From: Gammaproteobacteria bacterium
Lineage (GTDB): Bacteria > Pseudomonadota > Gammaproteobacteria > Nitrosococcales > Methylophagaceae
DNA length: 64,000 nucleotides
Direction: 5' to 3'
Assembly: GCA_029248745.1 (NCBI GenBank)
Contig: JAQWIT010000004.1
Span: 20,792-84,791 of the forward strand
The notes beneath the pieces are model-generated. The model saw nothing but the letters and a program-made list of their open reading frames with translations, was not told the origin of the DNA and did not search any database. Numbering within the stretch: position 1 is the stretch's first letter; each line of letters opens with the position of its first letter. A program made the translations under genes and the position numbers. Of this stretch, positions 1-12,908 are shown in pieces.

Positions 1-1
1 A

Positions 2-193
2 AAAGGTGAAAATAAAACAGAAATAGAAGCTAAAACAACAGCACTAGCTGAAGCATCATCTAAACTAGCTGAGCAAGCGTATGCAGAAAATGCAGAAGCC
101 GGTGAAGCACCACAAGATGCACCGAAAGCGGATGCAGACGATGTGGTTGATGCTGAGTTCGAAGAAGTGAATGACAACGACGATAAAAAATAA
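2..193 (+). CDS. dnaK: Chaperone DnaK, C-terminal end (partial, runs off the window start)
   Basis: Open frame from position 2 ends in an acidic tail ...[18 protein letters not shown], stop TAA 191-193. It lies directly upstream of dnaJ, as in the canonical dnaK-dnaJ operon. Confidence 0.8.
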   Translation, partial: KGENKTEIEAKTTALAEASSKLAEQAYAENAEAGEAPQDAPKADADDVVDAEFEEVNDNDDKK

Positions 194-217
194 TCGTCAA
201 TCAAAGCAGTAACGACG

Positions 218-250
218 AACAGGCGTGGGGAAACCTACGCCTGTTTTGTT
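218..250 (+). terminator. Hairpin plus T-run between dnaK and dnaJ (attenuator/terminator-like)
   Basis: 9-bp stem aacaggcgt / acgcctgtt followed by ttgtt. Confidence 0.45.
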
Positions 251-277
251 CTATTTAAGAGTAGGTAGCAAGGTCCC

Positions 278-1393
278 ATGGCGAAAGAAGATTTTTACGA
301 TGTATTAGGTGTGTCACGCACAGCGAGTGAAGCTGAGATAAAAAAAGCGTATCGCCGCATGGCAATGAAATATCACCCTGATCGCAATGCTGGTGATACT
401 GATACAGAAGAAAAGTTTAAAGAAGCCAAAGAAGCCTACGAAATTTTATCTGATACTCAAAAGCGCGCAGCTTACGATCAATTCGGTCATGCTGGTGTTG
501 ATCAGTCTATGGGCGGTGGTGGCCGTGGTGCTGGTGGGTTCAGTGATGTCTTTGGCGATGTGTTCAATGATATCTTTGGTGCCTCAGGCGGCGGTGGCCG
601 ACAAGGCGGATACCGTGGTGCGGACTTACGTTACCACCTAGAAATGTCATTAGAAGATGCTGTTTCTGGCAAAACGGTCGAAATTCGCATTCCAACCCGT
701 GTTGAGTGTAAAACCTGTGATGGAACAGGTGCTAAACCTGGCACAAAACCTGTGACATGTACCACGTGTGGTGGTCACGGTCAGGTCAGAATGCAACAAG
801 GTTTCTTCTCTGTTCAGCAAACCTGTCCGCAATGTAATGGCACAGGACAAATGATTAAAGATCCATGTCCTGATTGTCATGGTGAAGGTCATATCCAAGA
901 ACATAAAACGCTCTCAGTTAAAGTACCAGCCGGCGTCGATACCGGCGACCGTATTCGCCTATCAGGCGAAGGGGAAGTCGGACAAGGTGGTGCAGGTCCA
1001 GGCGATTTATATGTTGAAATACAGGTTCAACGCCATGATGTTTTCACCCGTGATGACAACAACCTATTCTGCGATGTACCGATCAGCTTTACCACTGCGA
1101 CATTGGGTGGCGAGCTAGAAGTCCCGACTTTAGCCGGTAAGGCCAGTTTGAAAATCCCAGAAGGCACACAAACTGGCCAACAATTCAGACTGCGTGGCAA
1201 AGGCGTCAAATCAGTTCGCAGTGGCGTAACAGGCGACTTGATGTGCCGTGTGATGATTGAAACACCGGTGAAATTATCTAAAACGCAAAAAGAATTATTA
1301 CAACAATTCGCCGAAACAATAGAAGGCAGCCATAGCAAACACAGCCCGCAGCACAGCTCATGGCTAGATAAAGTGAAAGAGTTTTTTGATTAA
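278..1393 (+). CDS. dnaJ: Co-chaperone DnaJ
   Basis: J-domain with the HPD motif (KYHPDRN), a Gly/Phe-rich linker, and four CxxCxGxG zinc-finger repeats ([32 protein letters not shown]). Confidence 0.97.
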   Translation: MAKEDFYDVLGVSRTASEAEIKKAYRRMAMKYHPDRNAGDTDTEEKFKEAKEAYEILSDTQKRAAYDQFGHAGVDQSMGGGGRGAGGFSDVFGDVFNDIFGASGGGGRQGGYRGADLRYHLEMSLEDAVSGKTVEIRIPTRVECKTCDGTGAKPGTKPVTCTTCGGHGQVRMQQGFFSVQQTCPQCNGTGQMIKDPCPDCHGEGHIQEHKTLSVKVPAGVDTGDRIRLSGEGEVGQGGAGPGDLYVEIQVQRHDVFTRDDNNLFCDVPISFTTATLGGELEVPTLAGKASLKIPEGTQTGQQFRLRGKGVKSVRSGVTGDLMCRVMIETPVKLSKTQKELLQQFAETIEGSHSKHSPQHSSWLDKVKEFFD

Positions 1394-1465
1394 ACCTTTA
1401 AGCTAGAGGCTGCTAACGCTACAATAAGCTCCATTATTGATTCCTTACCATCGATTAAAGATTAA

Positions 1466-2278
<813 letters not shown>

Positions 2279-2279
2279 T

Positions 2280-3059
2280 AAGGCTCAGCTCATCTTGACA
2301 AACGGTTATTTCTCGATAGACCCGATCCTTCTTCGACAACGATGTTGTGCCAACTAGGGTCTTCATCGGCATAAGTCTGCAAAAGCCTTTTTTCAACCCA
2401 TTTCTGCGCACTACGCAAATCAAGAGCCTGACCCTGACTCTCCTCGCCAAGCATTTAGCTGTTGGTGTTAGTGGTGTTTGCACCTCTGCTGTTGTTATCT
2501 TGCGGCCCAGTTTGTTGAGAAACACAGTATTGAAATTAGCAGCCACTGCCGATAGCGGTGCATTATAAGGATCATTAACACCAGATCTGTCAGGTACGGC
2601 TACATCATGAAAAAAGGATCCATTAATGACAATGCCCTTTATCACTGGAGCGTTATCAGGTAATTCTGCCAATATTTGCTTGGCCACCAGATCCAGTTCT
2701 TCCGATAACAAAAAAGGATCGCCATACCCTTGGACCTATAACCAACCATTCATCCAGTAAAAATCGGTCTTAAAACGGTAATGCGTTCCCCATTTTTTAA
2801 CAGCCAAATGCGCCGTCAATAATTTAAGAGTGGATGCGGGCATTAAGGGATTGTCTGCTTGCCATGCATACAACGCTTTTTTATCTGCTGCTGTTACCAG
2901 AACCGACGAGTTTTCTCAAAAGGAATAACCTTGCAGCAGCGGCCCTATTTTATTTTCAGCCAAAACAGCAGCAGGAAACCAGAGGACTATTATCAGAACG
3001 GTTTGGGTACTTCTGATACAAGCGATTATAACGACACTGATCCGAAGAGTGTGTATCAA
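2280..3059 (-). pseudogene. Decayed D-Ala-D-Ala carboxypeptidase/endopeptidase (PBP4/DacB-like, peptidase S13) remnant
   Basis: One minus-strand frame reads ...GYSF*ENSSVLVTAADKKALYAWQADNPLMPASTLKLLTAHLAVKKWGTHYRFKTDFYWMNGWL*VQGYGDPFLL..., with an in-frame TGA (2916-2918) and TAG (2736-2738). A second frame (2290-2454) gives ...VVEEGSGLSRNNRLS. The middle of the gene and the KTG-containing C-terminus are missing. Confidence 0.75.
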
Positions 3060-3066
3060 ATAAAAA

Positions 3067-3627
3067 CTAATACCTGCTTGCCATATGCTCCGCCTTCTCA
3101 GCTGCAACAATATCCCCAGATTGCATCCGAATATCCGCAATTAACAACCAAAACCGGCGTAGCTCTTTGGTTTGCCCTTGCACAATAGAAATACCCTTCA
3201 ATGCAACTTGCTCGGCCAAACGATAATCTTCTAAATTACAGTGGGTTACAGCCAGTTTGTAATAAACATCAGGATCTTTGGGGGCGATACGTTGTGCTCT
3301 TTGTAGCGTTGTTTGAGCAAACTTAAAATTACCTTTCTGCTGAGCAGCATCAGCTGAATTAAGCAAAGCAACAACGGCCGGACTCTGTTGATTATTGACA
3401 ATAACGGTTGGTGAAACCGGCACAACGGTAGGATTGATTGCATCCTGATTGGGTAATTCAGAAATCACAGCTGACTCGGGTACAGGAATACTGACCGCGG
3501 GTGCAGGTTCACTAGGTATTTCGATTTCAACAAGTGGCGGTGTTGTCGGTGCAAATGAACAGGCACTGATCGTGACCAAAAGGGCACTTGTCAAAAGGCG
3601 GCGTGGTATCAGTGTCGTTTCAATCAT
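3067..3627 (-). CDS. TPR lipoprotein, LpoP-like candidate PBP1B activator
   Basis: Lipobox LVTISAC, a long Pro-rich linker, then a C-terminal TPR-like helical region. It lies immediately downstream of mrcB on the same strand. Confidence 0.6.
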   Translation of the reverse strand: MIETTLIPRRLLTSALLVTISACSFAPTTPPLVEIEIPSEPAPAVSIPVPESAVISELPNQDAINPTVVPVSPTVIVNNQQSPAVVALLNSADAAQQKGNFKFAQTTLQRAQRIAPKDPDVYYKLAVTHCNLEDYRLAEQVALKGISIVQGQTKELRRFWLLIADIRMQSGDIVAAEKAEHMASRY

Positions 3628-3648
3628 GGTCTGTCATTTTTCCAAATA

Positions 3649-5943
3649 TTATTGAAACCAGCGTTTCATCCAATTATCGAGAATGGGTAATGGATCATTA
3701 CCTAAACTAAAACCACAGTTTGCCTGTTCTGTCGGGCTATTACCAATGATAAAGGGTAATTGTTGAGCACCAGGACATTGCGCATCCGCCAGTAATCCTG
3801 TTTCTTGATCTATCCAGAGGTATTCTATTTCCTCTGGCGCAGGGGCGATAAACGGATCTAACGTTTCATGAACCATATAATCTGTCCAAGCGCGTAATGC
3901 ACCACTCGAACCGGTAAACGGTACAGGATCATTATTATCTAACCCTAGCCAAACCACGGCTAATCGATTGCCAGCAAAGCCAGCAAACCAGCTATCACGT
4001 TGCAAGTCAGACGTCCCTGTTTTACCAGCAACATTAATCGCGGCAGGTAGGTGGTTATAAATAGAACGAGCGGTCCCAGTACGCGTTGTTTCTTGCAACA
4101 TATATTGCAATAAATGCATGGAATCATTATCGATGGTTTGTTCTAATTCGAACGGATAACGCGAGAGTTCTTGACCGGTACTGTCGGTCACTTGGCGAAT
4201 AGCACGCAGTGGCATTTGGAAGCCATTAGACGCCATGGTTTGATACATCTTAGCGACTTCAAGTGGTGATAAGCCTTGAGCCCCTAGTAATAATGAGGGA
4301 TAAGCGTTGAACTCACGTACGACACCAAGGCGGTGCAAGGTATCAATGACATTATCTAAGCCTAAATCCATACCGAGTCGTGCGGTTGATAGATTATAAG
4401 AACGCGCCATCGCTTGGTGCAATTTCACGTGTTCGTGCGATTGGTGATCAAAATTTTCTGGTTGCCAAATTTGTCCATTCGGCATGGTGAGTTTAAACGG
4501 CGAATCATCTAAGATACTGGCCAGATGGTAACCTTGTTCAACAGCAGTCAAATAAACTGCGGGTTTAATCAGTGAGCCAATAGGGCGCAAAGTATCTAAA
4601 GCGCGGTTAAAGCCTTGGTAACGTGTTTCACGACCACCAATAACGGCAATGACTTCACCGGTTTGAGGGTTGGTCACCACCATACTACCCTGGAGCTCGG
4701 CCAATTGTTCACCATGACGCTTTTCAAGCGATGAGATGGTTTTAGTCAGGGCTGCCTCGGCTTTATTTTGTGCAATGGGGTTGAGATTGGTGAAGACGCG
4801 TAACCCTTCTGAGCTGAGTGCGTCGTCAGGGTAATCTTGCCGTAATTGGCGTTTAACCAAGTCCAAATAGGCCGGATAAGCGCCTTTGAGTAAGCTGGCT
4901 TGTTTAACGACCCCTAATGGACGAGTTCTGGCTTTGTTATAGTCCGTTTCTTCGAGCACGCCTTGCTCATGCATAACTTTCAGGACTAAATTACGTCGGC
5001 CTTCAGCCCGCTGCGGGTGCCGACGAGGTTCATAATAGGAAGGACCTTTGACCAAACCAGCTAATAGTCCGAGCTGATCTGGTTTGAGTTCTTGCAGGGG
5101 CTGGGCAAAGTAATATTGTGCAGCTAGGCCAAAACCATGGATCGCACGAGCACCCTCTTGGCCGACATAAACTTCATTCAAATAGGCTTCTAAGATTTCA
5201 TCTTTGCTGTAATGCAGCTCCAATAAAAGCGCCATGGGAATTTCAAGTAACTTACGAGCCAGCGTACGTTCTGAGCTGAGATAAAAGTTTTTAATCAGCT
5301 GTTGTGTCAGCGTACTGCCGCCTTGAATAAAGCGACCGGCTTTAACATTGGCCACCATGGCTCGGCTAATACCACGAAGTGAAATACCGTGATGTTGATA
5401 AAAACCGCGATCTTCAATCGCAATCAAAGCTTGAATTAATGCATCTGGTGCATCTTTGAGCTGAATCAGGTCCCGGTCTTCATTATTGAGTGGATAAATA
5501 CCGCCTATCAAAACAGGTTCTAATCGCAACAAAGGAATAGCTTGGCCTTGCGCACTGGAGATGTTGTTTAAGAAGCCGTTAGAAAAGTCCAAAATCAGAC
5601 GTTGGGATGACTCCAAACCATCAGTAAACTCAAAGCCACGGGTATGTATGATGGCTTTGGCATTGAAAAAAGTCGCTTGCCCAGGCAACGTGACTTTTCG
5701 AACAAATTGGTAACCTAAACCCTGAAGTTCAATCCTTAACTCCTCGAGTGTAAGAGGAGAACCGGCATAGAGCTCGAGCGGTCTGGCATAAACTTTAGCG
5801 GGAACAGCCCAACGCTTACCTTCGAATTGTTCCCGGATATGGTTATCTAAATATAAGAGACCGAGTGCACCGATCAATAACAAGCTAAGAAATAACTTCG
5901 TCGCAAATCCAGAAAAACGGCGTCGGAGTCTAATTGAATTCAT
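3649..5943 (-). CDS. mrcB: Penicillin-binding protein 1B (bifunctional glycosyltransferase/transpeptidase)
   Basis: N-terminal TM segment. GT51 motifs EDRGFYQHHG and GGSTLTQQL. Transpeptidase motifs SLIKP (SxxK), SYN and KTGT. Length 764 aa. Confidence 0.93.
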   Translation of the reverse strand: MNSIRLRRRFSGFATKLFLSLLLIGALGLLYLDNHIREQFEGKRWAVPAKVYARPLELYAGSPLTLEELRIELQGLGYQFVRKVTLPGQATFFNAKAIIHTRGFEFTDGLESSQRLILDFSNGFLNNISSAQGQAIPLLRLEPVLIGGIYPLNNEDRDLIQLKDAPDALIQALIAIEDRGFYQHHGISLRGISRAMVANVKAGRFIQGGSTLTQQLIKNFYLSSERTLARKLLEIPMALLLELHYSKDEILEAYLNEVYVGQEGARAIHGFGLAAQYYFAQPLQELKPDQLGLLAGLVKGPSYYEPRRHPQRAEGRRNLVLKVMHEQGVLEETDYNKARTRPLGVVKQASLLKGAYPAYLDLVKRQLRQDYPDDALSSEGLRVFTNLNPIAQNKAEAALTKTISSLEKRHGEQLAELQGSMVVTNPQTGEVIAVIGGRETRYQGFNRALDTLRPIGSLIKPAVYLTAVEQGYHLASILDDSPFKLTMPNGQIWQPENFDHQSHEHVKLHQAMARSYNLSTARLGMDLGLDNVIDTLHRLGVVREFNAYPSLLLGAQGLSPLEVAKMYQTMASNGFQMPLRAIRQVTDSTGQELSRYPFELEQTIDNDSMHLLQYMLQETTRTGTARSIYNHLPAAINVAGKTGTSDLQRDSWFAGFAGNRLAVVWLGLDNNDPVPFTGSSGALRAWTDYMVHETLDPFIAPAPEEIEYLWIDQETGLLADAQCPGAQQLPFIIGNSPTEQANCGFSLGNDPLPILDNWMKRWFQ

Positions 5944-6021
5944 TGTATGAAGGTGCCCTTATTGCAATCTGGTGTCTGACAAGTCATAACCACAATTAGT
6001 GTCCATGTGCATTAAAAATAG

Positions 6022-6039
6022 TTTGAACAATTTGAACAA
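6022..6039. repeat. Perfect tandem 9-bp direct repeat TTTGAACAA x2 (third copy at 6312-6320)
   Basis: Read directly in the divergent mrcB / thioredoxin-like intergenic region. Confidence 0.9.
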
Positions 6040-6346
6040 AATATCGAAAAAGCATGAGATAAGGACAACAAGTTATTAATATTCTGAGAGTTAATTTTAC
6101 GCGTTAGGGAGACGAAGAACAAATCTATTAAAGTAAGCACAAGATGGGAATGGCGGGGAGAAAATTTATTTGTAGAATTATAGGCTTGAATCGACTTGAA
6201 TGTTAGGCGGCTAGCGGCGGAAACAAGCTTGTGCAGTGTCGCATTTTCAGCCTAATTCTGATAGAATCAGAGGCTATGGGAGACATTATGCAACCGTCTT
6301 TTAGTACAGTATTTGAACAAAAAAGACGATTATCGAATAGGACACT

Positions 6347-6904
6347 ATGGTCAGTTTAGAAACGCCGGTCTGTGAGTTTGGCCTACCCGCCATTGATTTC
6401 TCACTGCTTGGCACCGATAACAAAATATGGACGCTCGATGCGTGTCGTGGAGAAAATGGTTTATTAATCATGTTTATCTGCAACCACTGTCCATATGTTA
6501 AATCGATTTTAGATCGATTAGTTCGCGATACTGGAGCATTAAAAACGCTAGGCGTGAATACCGTTGCTATCATGGCAAATGACCCCGCTGACTATCCCGA
6601 AGATTCATTCGAAAACATGCAAAAAATAGCAAAGCAAAACCAGTTTCCATTCCCTTATTTAATAGATGAAACACAGCAAGTGGCCCAAGATTTTGGTGCC
6701 GTTTGTACCCCTGATTTCTTTGGATACAATAAAGATCTTAAATTGCAGTATCGCGGCCGATTTGATGAAAGTAAAAAAACAGCAGCCGCAACAGACGTAC
6801 GACGAGACCTTTTCGAAGCCATGAAAATGGTGGCTGAAGTGGGGCAAGGTCCGGAACAACAAATCCCAAGTATGGGCTGTTCGATTAAGTGGCGAGCAGC
6901 ATAA
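6347..6904 (+). CDS. Thioredoxin-fold thiol-disulfide oxidoreductase (AhpC/TSA-like family)
   Basis: CNHCP (CxxC) motif in a thioredoxin-like context; 185 aa. Confidence 0.7.
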   Translation: MVSLETPVCEFGLPAIDFSLLGTDNKIWTLDACRGENGLLIMFICNHCPYVKSILDRLVRDTGALKTLGVNTVAIMANDPADYPEDSFENMQKIAKQNQFPFPYLIDETQQVAQDFGAVCTPDFFGYNKDLKLQYRGRFDESKKTAAATDVRRDLFEAMKMVAEVGQGPEQQIPSMGCSIKWRAA

Positions 6905-6929
6905 TTATTTTTTAACAGGAGAACTGTAG

Positions 6930-8915
6930 ATGGCTACACGTAGACATTTAGCAAACGCAATCCGTGCATTGAGTATGGATGCAGTACAAAAAGCAAACTC
7001 GGGTCATCCGGGTGCGCCAATGGGCATGGCAGACATTGCCGAAGTTTTGTGGAATAACCACATGAACCACAATCCAACAAACCCGAACTGGGCTGACAGA
7101 GATCGTTTCGTTCTGTCTAACGGTCATGGTTCAATGTTGATTTACTCATTATTGCACCTATCAGGCTATGACTTACCGATGTCATCACTGAGCTCTTTCC
7201 GCCAGTTACATTCACAATGTGCGGGTCACCCTGAATACGGTTACGCGCCAGGAATTGAAACAACAACAGGTCCTCTAGGCCAAGGTATTACCAACGGTGT
7301 TGGTTTTGCGATGGCTGAAAAATTACTGGCTGATCAGTTCAACAAACCAGGCCACGATATTGTCAATCACAACACATACGTTTTCTTGGGCGATGGTTGT
7401 TTAATGGAAGGTATTTCGCATGAAGCCTGTTCATTAGCTGGAACATGGGGTTTAGGTAACTTAATCGCTTTCTGGGATGACAACAATATTTCTATCGATG
7501 GTCACATCGATGGCTGGTATACAGACGACACAGTAAAACGTTTTGAAGCGTACGGCTGGCACGTTGTTTCTGTTGATGGCCATGATTCAGACGCAATCAA
7601 TGCTGCAATCACAGCGGCTAAAGCAGTTAAAGACAAGCCTTCAATGATCTGCTGTAAAACAATCATTGGTTTCGGTTCACCAAACAAATCAGCTAGCCAT
7701 GACTGTCATGGTGCGGCATTGGGTGAAGAAGAAGTTGCATTAACACGTAAAGAATTAGGTTGGGATTCAGCACCATTCGAAATTCCTGCAGATGTTTATG
7801 AAGGTTGGGATGCAAAAGCATCTGGTGCAGATAAAGAAGCAGCTTGGAATGCAAAATTCGACGCTTATGCTGCTGAATACCCAGAATTAGCAGCAGAATT
7901 CAAACGTCGTATGGCGGGTGAACTTCCTGCAAACTGGAAACAAGCAACTGATGCAGTGATTGCTGATACTAACGAAAAAGCAGCTAGCGTTGCTTCTCGT
8001 AAAGCATCACAAAATGCCATTGCTGCATTAGCGCCTGTATTACCTGAATTTCTGGGTGGTTCTGCTGACTTAACCGGTTCTAACTTAACAAGCTGTGATA
8101 GCTTCAAACATGTATCTGGTAAAGAGCCTGGTAACTACATTTCTTACGGTGTCCGTGAGTTCGGTATGTACGCAATCATGAATGGTATGGCACTACACGG
8201 TGGTTTAATTCCATTCGGTGGCACATTCCACATGTTCTCTGACTATGCGAAATCGGCATTACGTATGGCTGCATTGATGAAGGTTCGTACCATTGCGGTA
8301 CTGACTCATGACTCAATCGGTCAAGGTGAAGACGGTCCTACGCATCAACCAATCGAAAACACCTCTGCGATGCGTTACATTCCAAATATGGATGTATGGC
8401 GTCCTGCAGATTCTGTTGAGGTAGCGGTTGCATGGACAGCAGCAGTAGAGCGTATTGATGGTCCTTCAAGCTTAGTATTAAGTCGTCAAGGTATTCCTGG
8501 CCGTAGCCATGATGCAGCTGATTTTGATGCGATGCGTAAAGGTGCATATGTCTTATCTGAAGCAAACGGCGCAGCTGATGTCATTATCATTGCAACGGGT
8601 TCTGAAGTTGACTTAGCAGCAAAAGCACAAGAAGCCTTAGCAGCTGACGGTGTCAATGCACGCGTTGTCTCTATGCCTTCAACAAACGTCTTTGATCGTC
8701 AAGACCAAGCTTATAAAGACAGCGTATTAACACCAGGTGTTAAACGTGTTGCTGTTGAAGCGGGTGTCACTGACTTCTGGCGTAAATATGTTGGCCTAGA
8801 AGGTGCCGTTGTCGGTATCAATACCTTCGGTGAATCAGCGCCTGGTGGCGTATTGTTGGAACACTTTGGTTTCACAGTTGAAAATGTCGTTAAAACTGTT
8901 AAATCAGTACTATAA
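6930..8915 (+). CDS. tkt: Transketolase
   Basis: SGHPG and GDGCLMEG thiamine-diphosphate motifs; 661 aa. Confidence 0.97.
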   Translation: MATRRHLANAIRALSMDAVQKANSGHPGAPMGMADIAEVLWNNHMNHNPTNPNWADRDRFVLSNGHGSMLIYSLLHLSGYDLPMSSLSSFRQLHSQCAGHPEYGYAPGIETTTGPLGQGITNGVGFAMAEKLLADQFNKPGHDIVNHNTYVFLGDGCLMEGISHEACSLAGTWGLGNLIAFWDDNNISIDGHIDGWYTDDTVKRFEAYGWHVVSVDGHDSDAINAAITAAKAVKDKPSMICCKTIIGFGSPNKSASHDCHGAALGEEEVALTRKELGWDSAPFEIPADVYEGWDAKASGADKEAAWNAKFDAYAAEYPELAAEFKRRMAGELPANWKQATDAVIADTNEKAASVASRKASQNAIAALAPVLPEFLGGSADLTGSNLTSCDSFKHVSGKEPGNYISYGVREFGMYAIMNGMALHGGLIPFGGTFHMFSDYAKSALRMAALMKVRTIAVLTHDSIGQGEDGPTHQPIENTSAMRYIPNMDVWRPADSVEVAVAWTAAVERIDGPSSLVLSRQGIPGRSHDAADFDAMRKGAYVLSEANGAADVIIIATGSEVDLAAKAQEALAADGVNARVVSMPSTNVFDRQDQAYKDSVLTPGVKRVAVEAGVTDFWRKYVGLEGAVVGINTFGESAPGGVLLEHFGFTVENVVKTVKSVL

Positions 8916-8950
8916 TTTTTAGCTAAGGCTAAAATTGTATTGAGCAAGAA

Positions 8951-8994
8951 AAAATGACGAGTGTACATAAGTACACTCGTCATTTTTGTTTTAG
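8951..8994 (+). terminator. Rho-independent terminator after tkt
   Basis: 16-bp perfect stem aaaatgacgagtgtac / gtacactcgtcatttt, loop ataa, then a T-rich tail. Confidence 0.75.
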
Positions 8995-9021
8995 GGTAAA
9001 GTAAAATCGAAAACCATTTAA

Positions 9022-10080
<1,059 letters not shown>

Positions 10081-10100
10081 TCAGTTGAAGATGGAGTAAA

Positions 10101-10136
10101 CAATAAGGCTTCCTTTTTAGGAAGCCTTATTGTTTA
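10101..10136 (+). terminator. Rho-independent terminator after gap
   Basis: 13-bp stem caataaggcttcc / ggaagccttattg, loop ttttta, followed by tttat. Confidence 0.7.
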
Positions 10137-10221
10137 TGGGGTATGAAGTCATTAAGTTGTATAAATAAGGGATATAAGCCCTCGACAACATAGAAATAAT
10201 AATGAAGAAAGGGTGAAAAGT

Positions 10222-11394
10222 ATGACAGTAATTAATATGGCTGATCTCGATTTAGCCGGGAAACGTGTTCTGATTCGTCAAGACTTAAATGTCCCATTAA
10301 AAGACGGCGCTGTAGCCGACGATACGCGTATAAGAGCCTCTTTACCAACGATTGAGCAGGTGTTAGCAGCGGGTGCGAAAGTGATGTTGATGTCACACCT
10401 TGGCCGTCCAACAGAAGGCATTTATGACGAGGCATTTTCTCTAGCGCCAGTCGGTCGTCACTTAAGCACCTTATTAGGCAAAGACGTCCATTTAGAAAAA
10501 GATTGGCTTGATGGCATCAACATGGATGATAAACAAGTCGTGTTATGCGAAAACGTTCGTTTCAATGTCGGCGAAAAAGCAGATGATGAGGCTTTATCTA
10601 AAAAAATGGCCGCATTATGTGATGTTTATGTCATGGATGCCTTTGGTACAGCCCACCGAGCGCAAGCATCAACGCATGGCGTTGCAAAATTTGCAGAAGT
10701 TGCTTGTGCGGGACCACTTTTAGCCGGTGAGTTAGAAGCTTTAGGCAAAGCCTTGCACAATCCTGCAAGACCAATGGTCGCTATCGTCGGTGGATCAAAA
10801 GTATCGACTAAACTAACGGTTTTAGAATCGTTATCAAAAGTAGTGGATCAGTTAATTGTCGGTGGCGGTATTGCGAATACTTTTATTGCAGCAACGGGAA
10901 ATAATGTCGGTAAATCGTTGTATGAAGCTGATTTGATTGATACGTGTAATAACTTAACTGCCGAAGCAAAAGCACGCGGTGGTGACATTCCAGTACCGAG
11001 TGATGTGGTCTGCGGTAAAGAGTTTTCAGAAACAGCTGATGCGACATTAAAAGCCGCTTTTGCAGTTGAAGATGATGACATGGTTTTTGATATCGGCCCT
11101 GAGTCAGCTGCAGCTCTAGCAGTCATATTGAAAAACGCCGGTACGATTGTTTGGAATGGCCCGGTAGGGGTCTTTGAATTCGATCAATTTGGTGAAGGAA
11201 CAAAAGCGATTGCCATTGCCATTGCCGAATCAAACGCCTTTTCAATTGCGGGCGGCGGCGATACTTTAGCGGCAGTAAGTAAGTATAAAATCAGTGACGA
11301 TGTGTCATATATATCAACCGGCGGCGGCGCTTTTCTTGAATTTTTAGAAGGGAAAAAATTGCCTGCAGTCGCCATGCTTGAGTCTCGAGTATAA
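10222..11394 (+). CDS. pgk: Phosphoglycerate kinase
   Basis: [25 protein letters not shown] lines up with the canonical Pgk N-terminus, so I prefer ATG 10222 over the GTG 10213 used in the ORF track. Confidence 0.95.
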   Translation: MTVINMADLDLAGKRVLIRQDLNVPLKDGAVADDTRIRASLPTIEQVLAAGAKVMLMSHLGRPTEGIYDEAFSLAPVGRHLSTLLGKDVHLEKDWLDGINMDDKQVVLCENVRFNVGEKADDEALSKKMAALCDVYVMDAFGTAHRAQASTHGVAKFAEVACAGPLLAGELEALGKALHNPARPMVAIVGGSKVSTKLTVLESLSKVVDQLIVGGGIANTFIAATGNNVGKSLYEADLIDTCNNLTAEAKARGGDIPVPSDVVCGKEFSETADATLKAAFAVEDDDMVFDIGPESAAALAVILKNAGTIVWNGPVGVFEFDQFGEGTKAIAIAIAESNAFSIAGGGDTLAAVSKYKISDDVSYISTGGGAFLEFLEGKKLPAVAMLESRV

Positions 11395-11417
11395 ATATAA
11401 ACGATAGGAGAAAATGA

Positions 11418-12854
11418 GTGACAGCCATTAGACGAACTAAAATAGTCGCCACACTTGGACCTGCATCAACACCACCAGACGTTTTGGAAAGAATGATTGT
11501 TGCAGGGGTAGATGTTGTAAGACTCAATTTTTCTCATGGCGATGTTAATGCATTTATTCCATTAGCAGAAAGGATCCTTTCTACTGCCGATAAAGTAGGG
11601 AGGACGGTAGCTATTCTGGCCGACCTACAGGGGCCTAAAATTCGAATAGGGCGTTTTAGACAAGACAAAGTCTTTTTAGAAGTGGGCCAAGACTTTACCT
11701 TAGATGCCAGTTTAGATTCACAATCCGGCGATGAACATCAGGTGGGCATTGATTACCCACAATTAGTCAAAGATGTCGGTGCTGGCGATACTTTATTACT
11801 AGATGACGGCCGTGTTGTTCTTGGTGTAGAGGACGTTGTTGGCAATGAAGTACGCTGTAAAGTAAAAATAGGTGGCTATTTATCGAACAATAAAGGCATT
11901 AATCGCCTTGGTGGCGGTTTATCAGCTGCTGCTTTAACGGACAAAGATAAAAACGATATTCAGATTGCTGCGAAAATACAGGCCGACTATGTGGCTGTCT
12001 CGTTTCCACGATCAGCAGAAGATTTAAATTATGCCCGACGTCTGTTAAGAGATGCCGGAGGTGATGGTGGTATAGTTGCTAAATTAGAGCGGGCAGAAGC
12101 CTTAGAAGTAATGGATGAAATTATCCTGTCCTGTGATGCCGTGATGGTTGCGAGGGGTGATTTAGGGGTTGAAATCGGTGATGCTGCATTGCCACCTATT
12201 CAGAAAAAAATCATTTCCCGAGCACGTCAGTTAAATACGGCGGTGATTACCGCGACTCAAATGATGGAGTCGATGATTGAAAATGCGATTCCGACCCGTG
12301 CGGAAGTCTTTGATGTGGCCAATGCTGTACTTGACGGGACTGATGCTGTGATGCTTTCTGGTGAAACAGCCGTTGGTAACAACCCAATAAAAGTCATAGA
12401 AGCCGTTGACCGCATTAGTTTACAAGCGGAACAACAACGTGAAATACGCCGGTCACGTCATCGCATTGATTCAGAATTCGAAAAAGTCGATGAAGCGATT
12501 GCCATGGGCGCGATGTATTTAGCCAATCATTTAGATGTGAAAGCGATTGCAGCTTTAACATTGTCAGGGTCAACGGCAACTTGGATGTCACGGATTAGTT
12601 CAGGCATCCCTATCTTCGCTTTAACGCCTAATGATAAAACGAGTCGGAAAATGACATTATATCGAGGTGTTTACCCGGTTAAATTTGCAGTAGAAGAAAG
12701 AGGCCATGCGACACTAAACAATGCGGTTATTGCATTGTTAGAAAGAAATGGTGTTGTAGAAATTGGTGATACGGTCATCCTCACCAAGGGGAATGCAAGG
12801 TTAGAGGGCAGTACAAATACACTTAAAATAGTGCGTGTTGGTGATGTCGATTAA
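11418..12854 (+). CDS. pyk: Pyruvate kinase
   Basis: RRTKIVATLGPAS N-terminus and MVARGDLGVEI motif; 478 aa; GTG start. Confidence 0.95.
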   Translation: MTAIRRTKIVATLGPASTPPDVLERMIVAGVDVVRLNFSHGDVNAFIPLAERILSTADKVGRTVAILADLQGPKIRIGRFRQDKVFLEVGQDFTLDASLDSQSGDEHQVGIDYPQLVKDVGAGDTLLLDDGRVVLGVEDVVGNEVRCKVKIGGYLSNNKGINRLGGGLSAAALTDKDKNDIQIAAKIQADYVAVSFPRSAEDLNYARRLLRDAGGDGGIVAKLERAEALEVMDEIILSCDAVMVARGDLGVEIGDAALPPIQKKIISRARQLNTAVITATQMMESMIENAIPTRAEVFDVANAVLDGTDAVMLSGETAVGNNPIKVIEAVDRISLQAEQQREIRRSRHRIDSEFEKVDEAIAMGAMYLANHLDVKAIAALTLSGSTATWMSRISSGIPIFALTPNDKTSRKMTLYRGVYPVKFAVEERGHATLNNAVIALLERNGVVEIGDTVILTKGNARLEGSTNTLKIVRVGDVD

Positions 12855-12908
12855 TAGCCTTAAATAGCAGAAAATGATATATTGGTTATGTATTTATAAG
12901 ATCTTATT

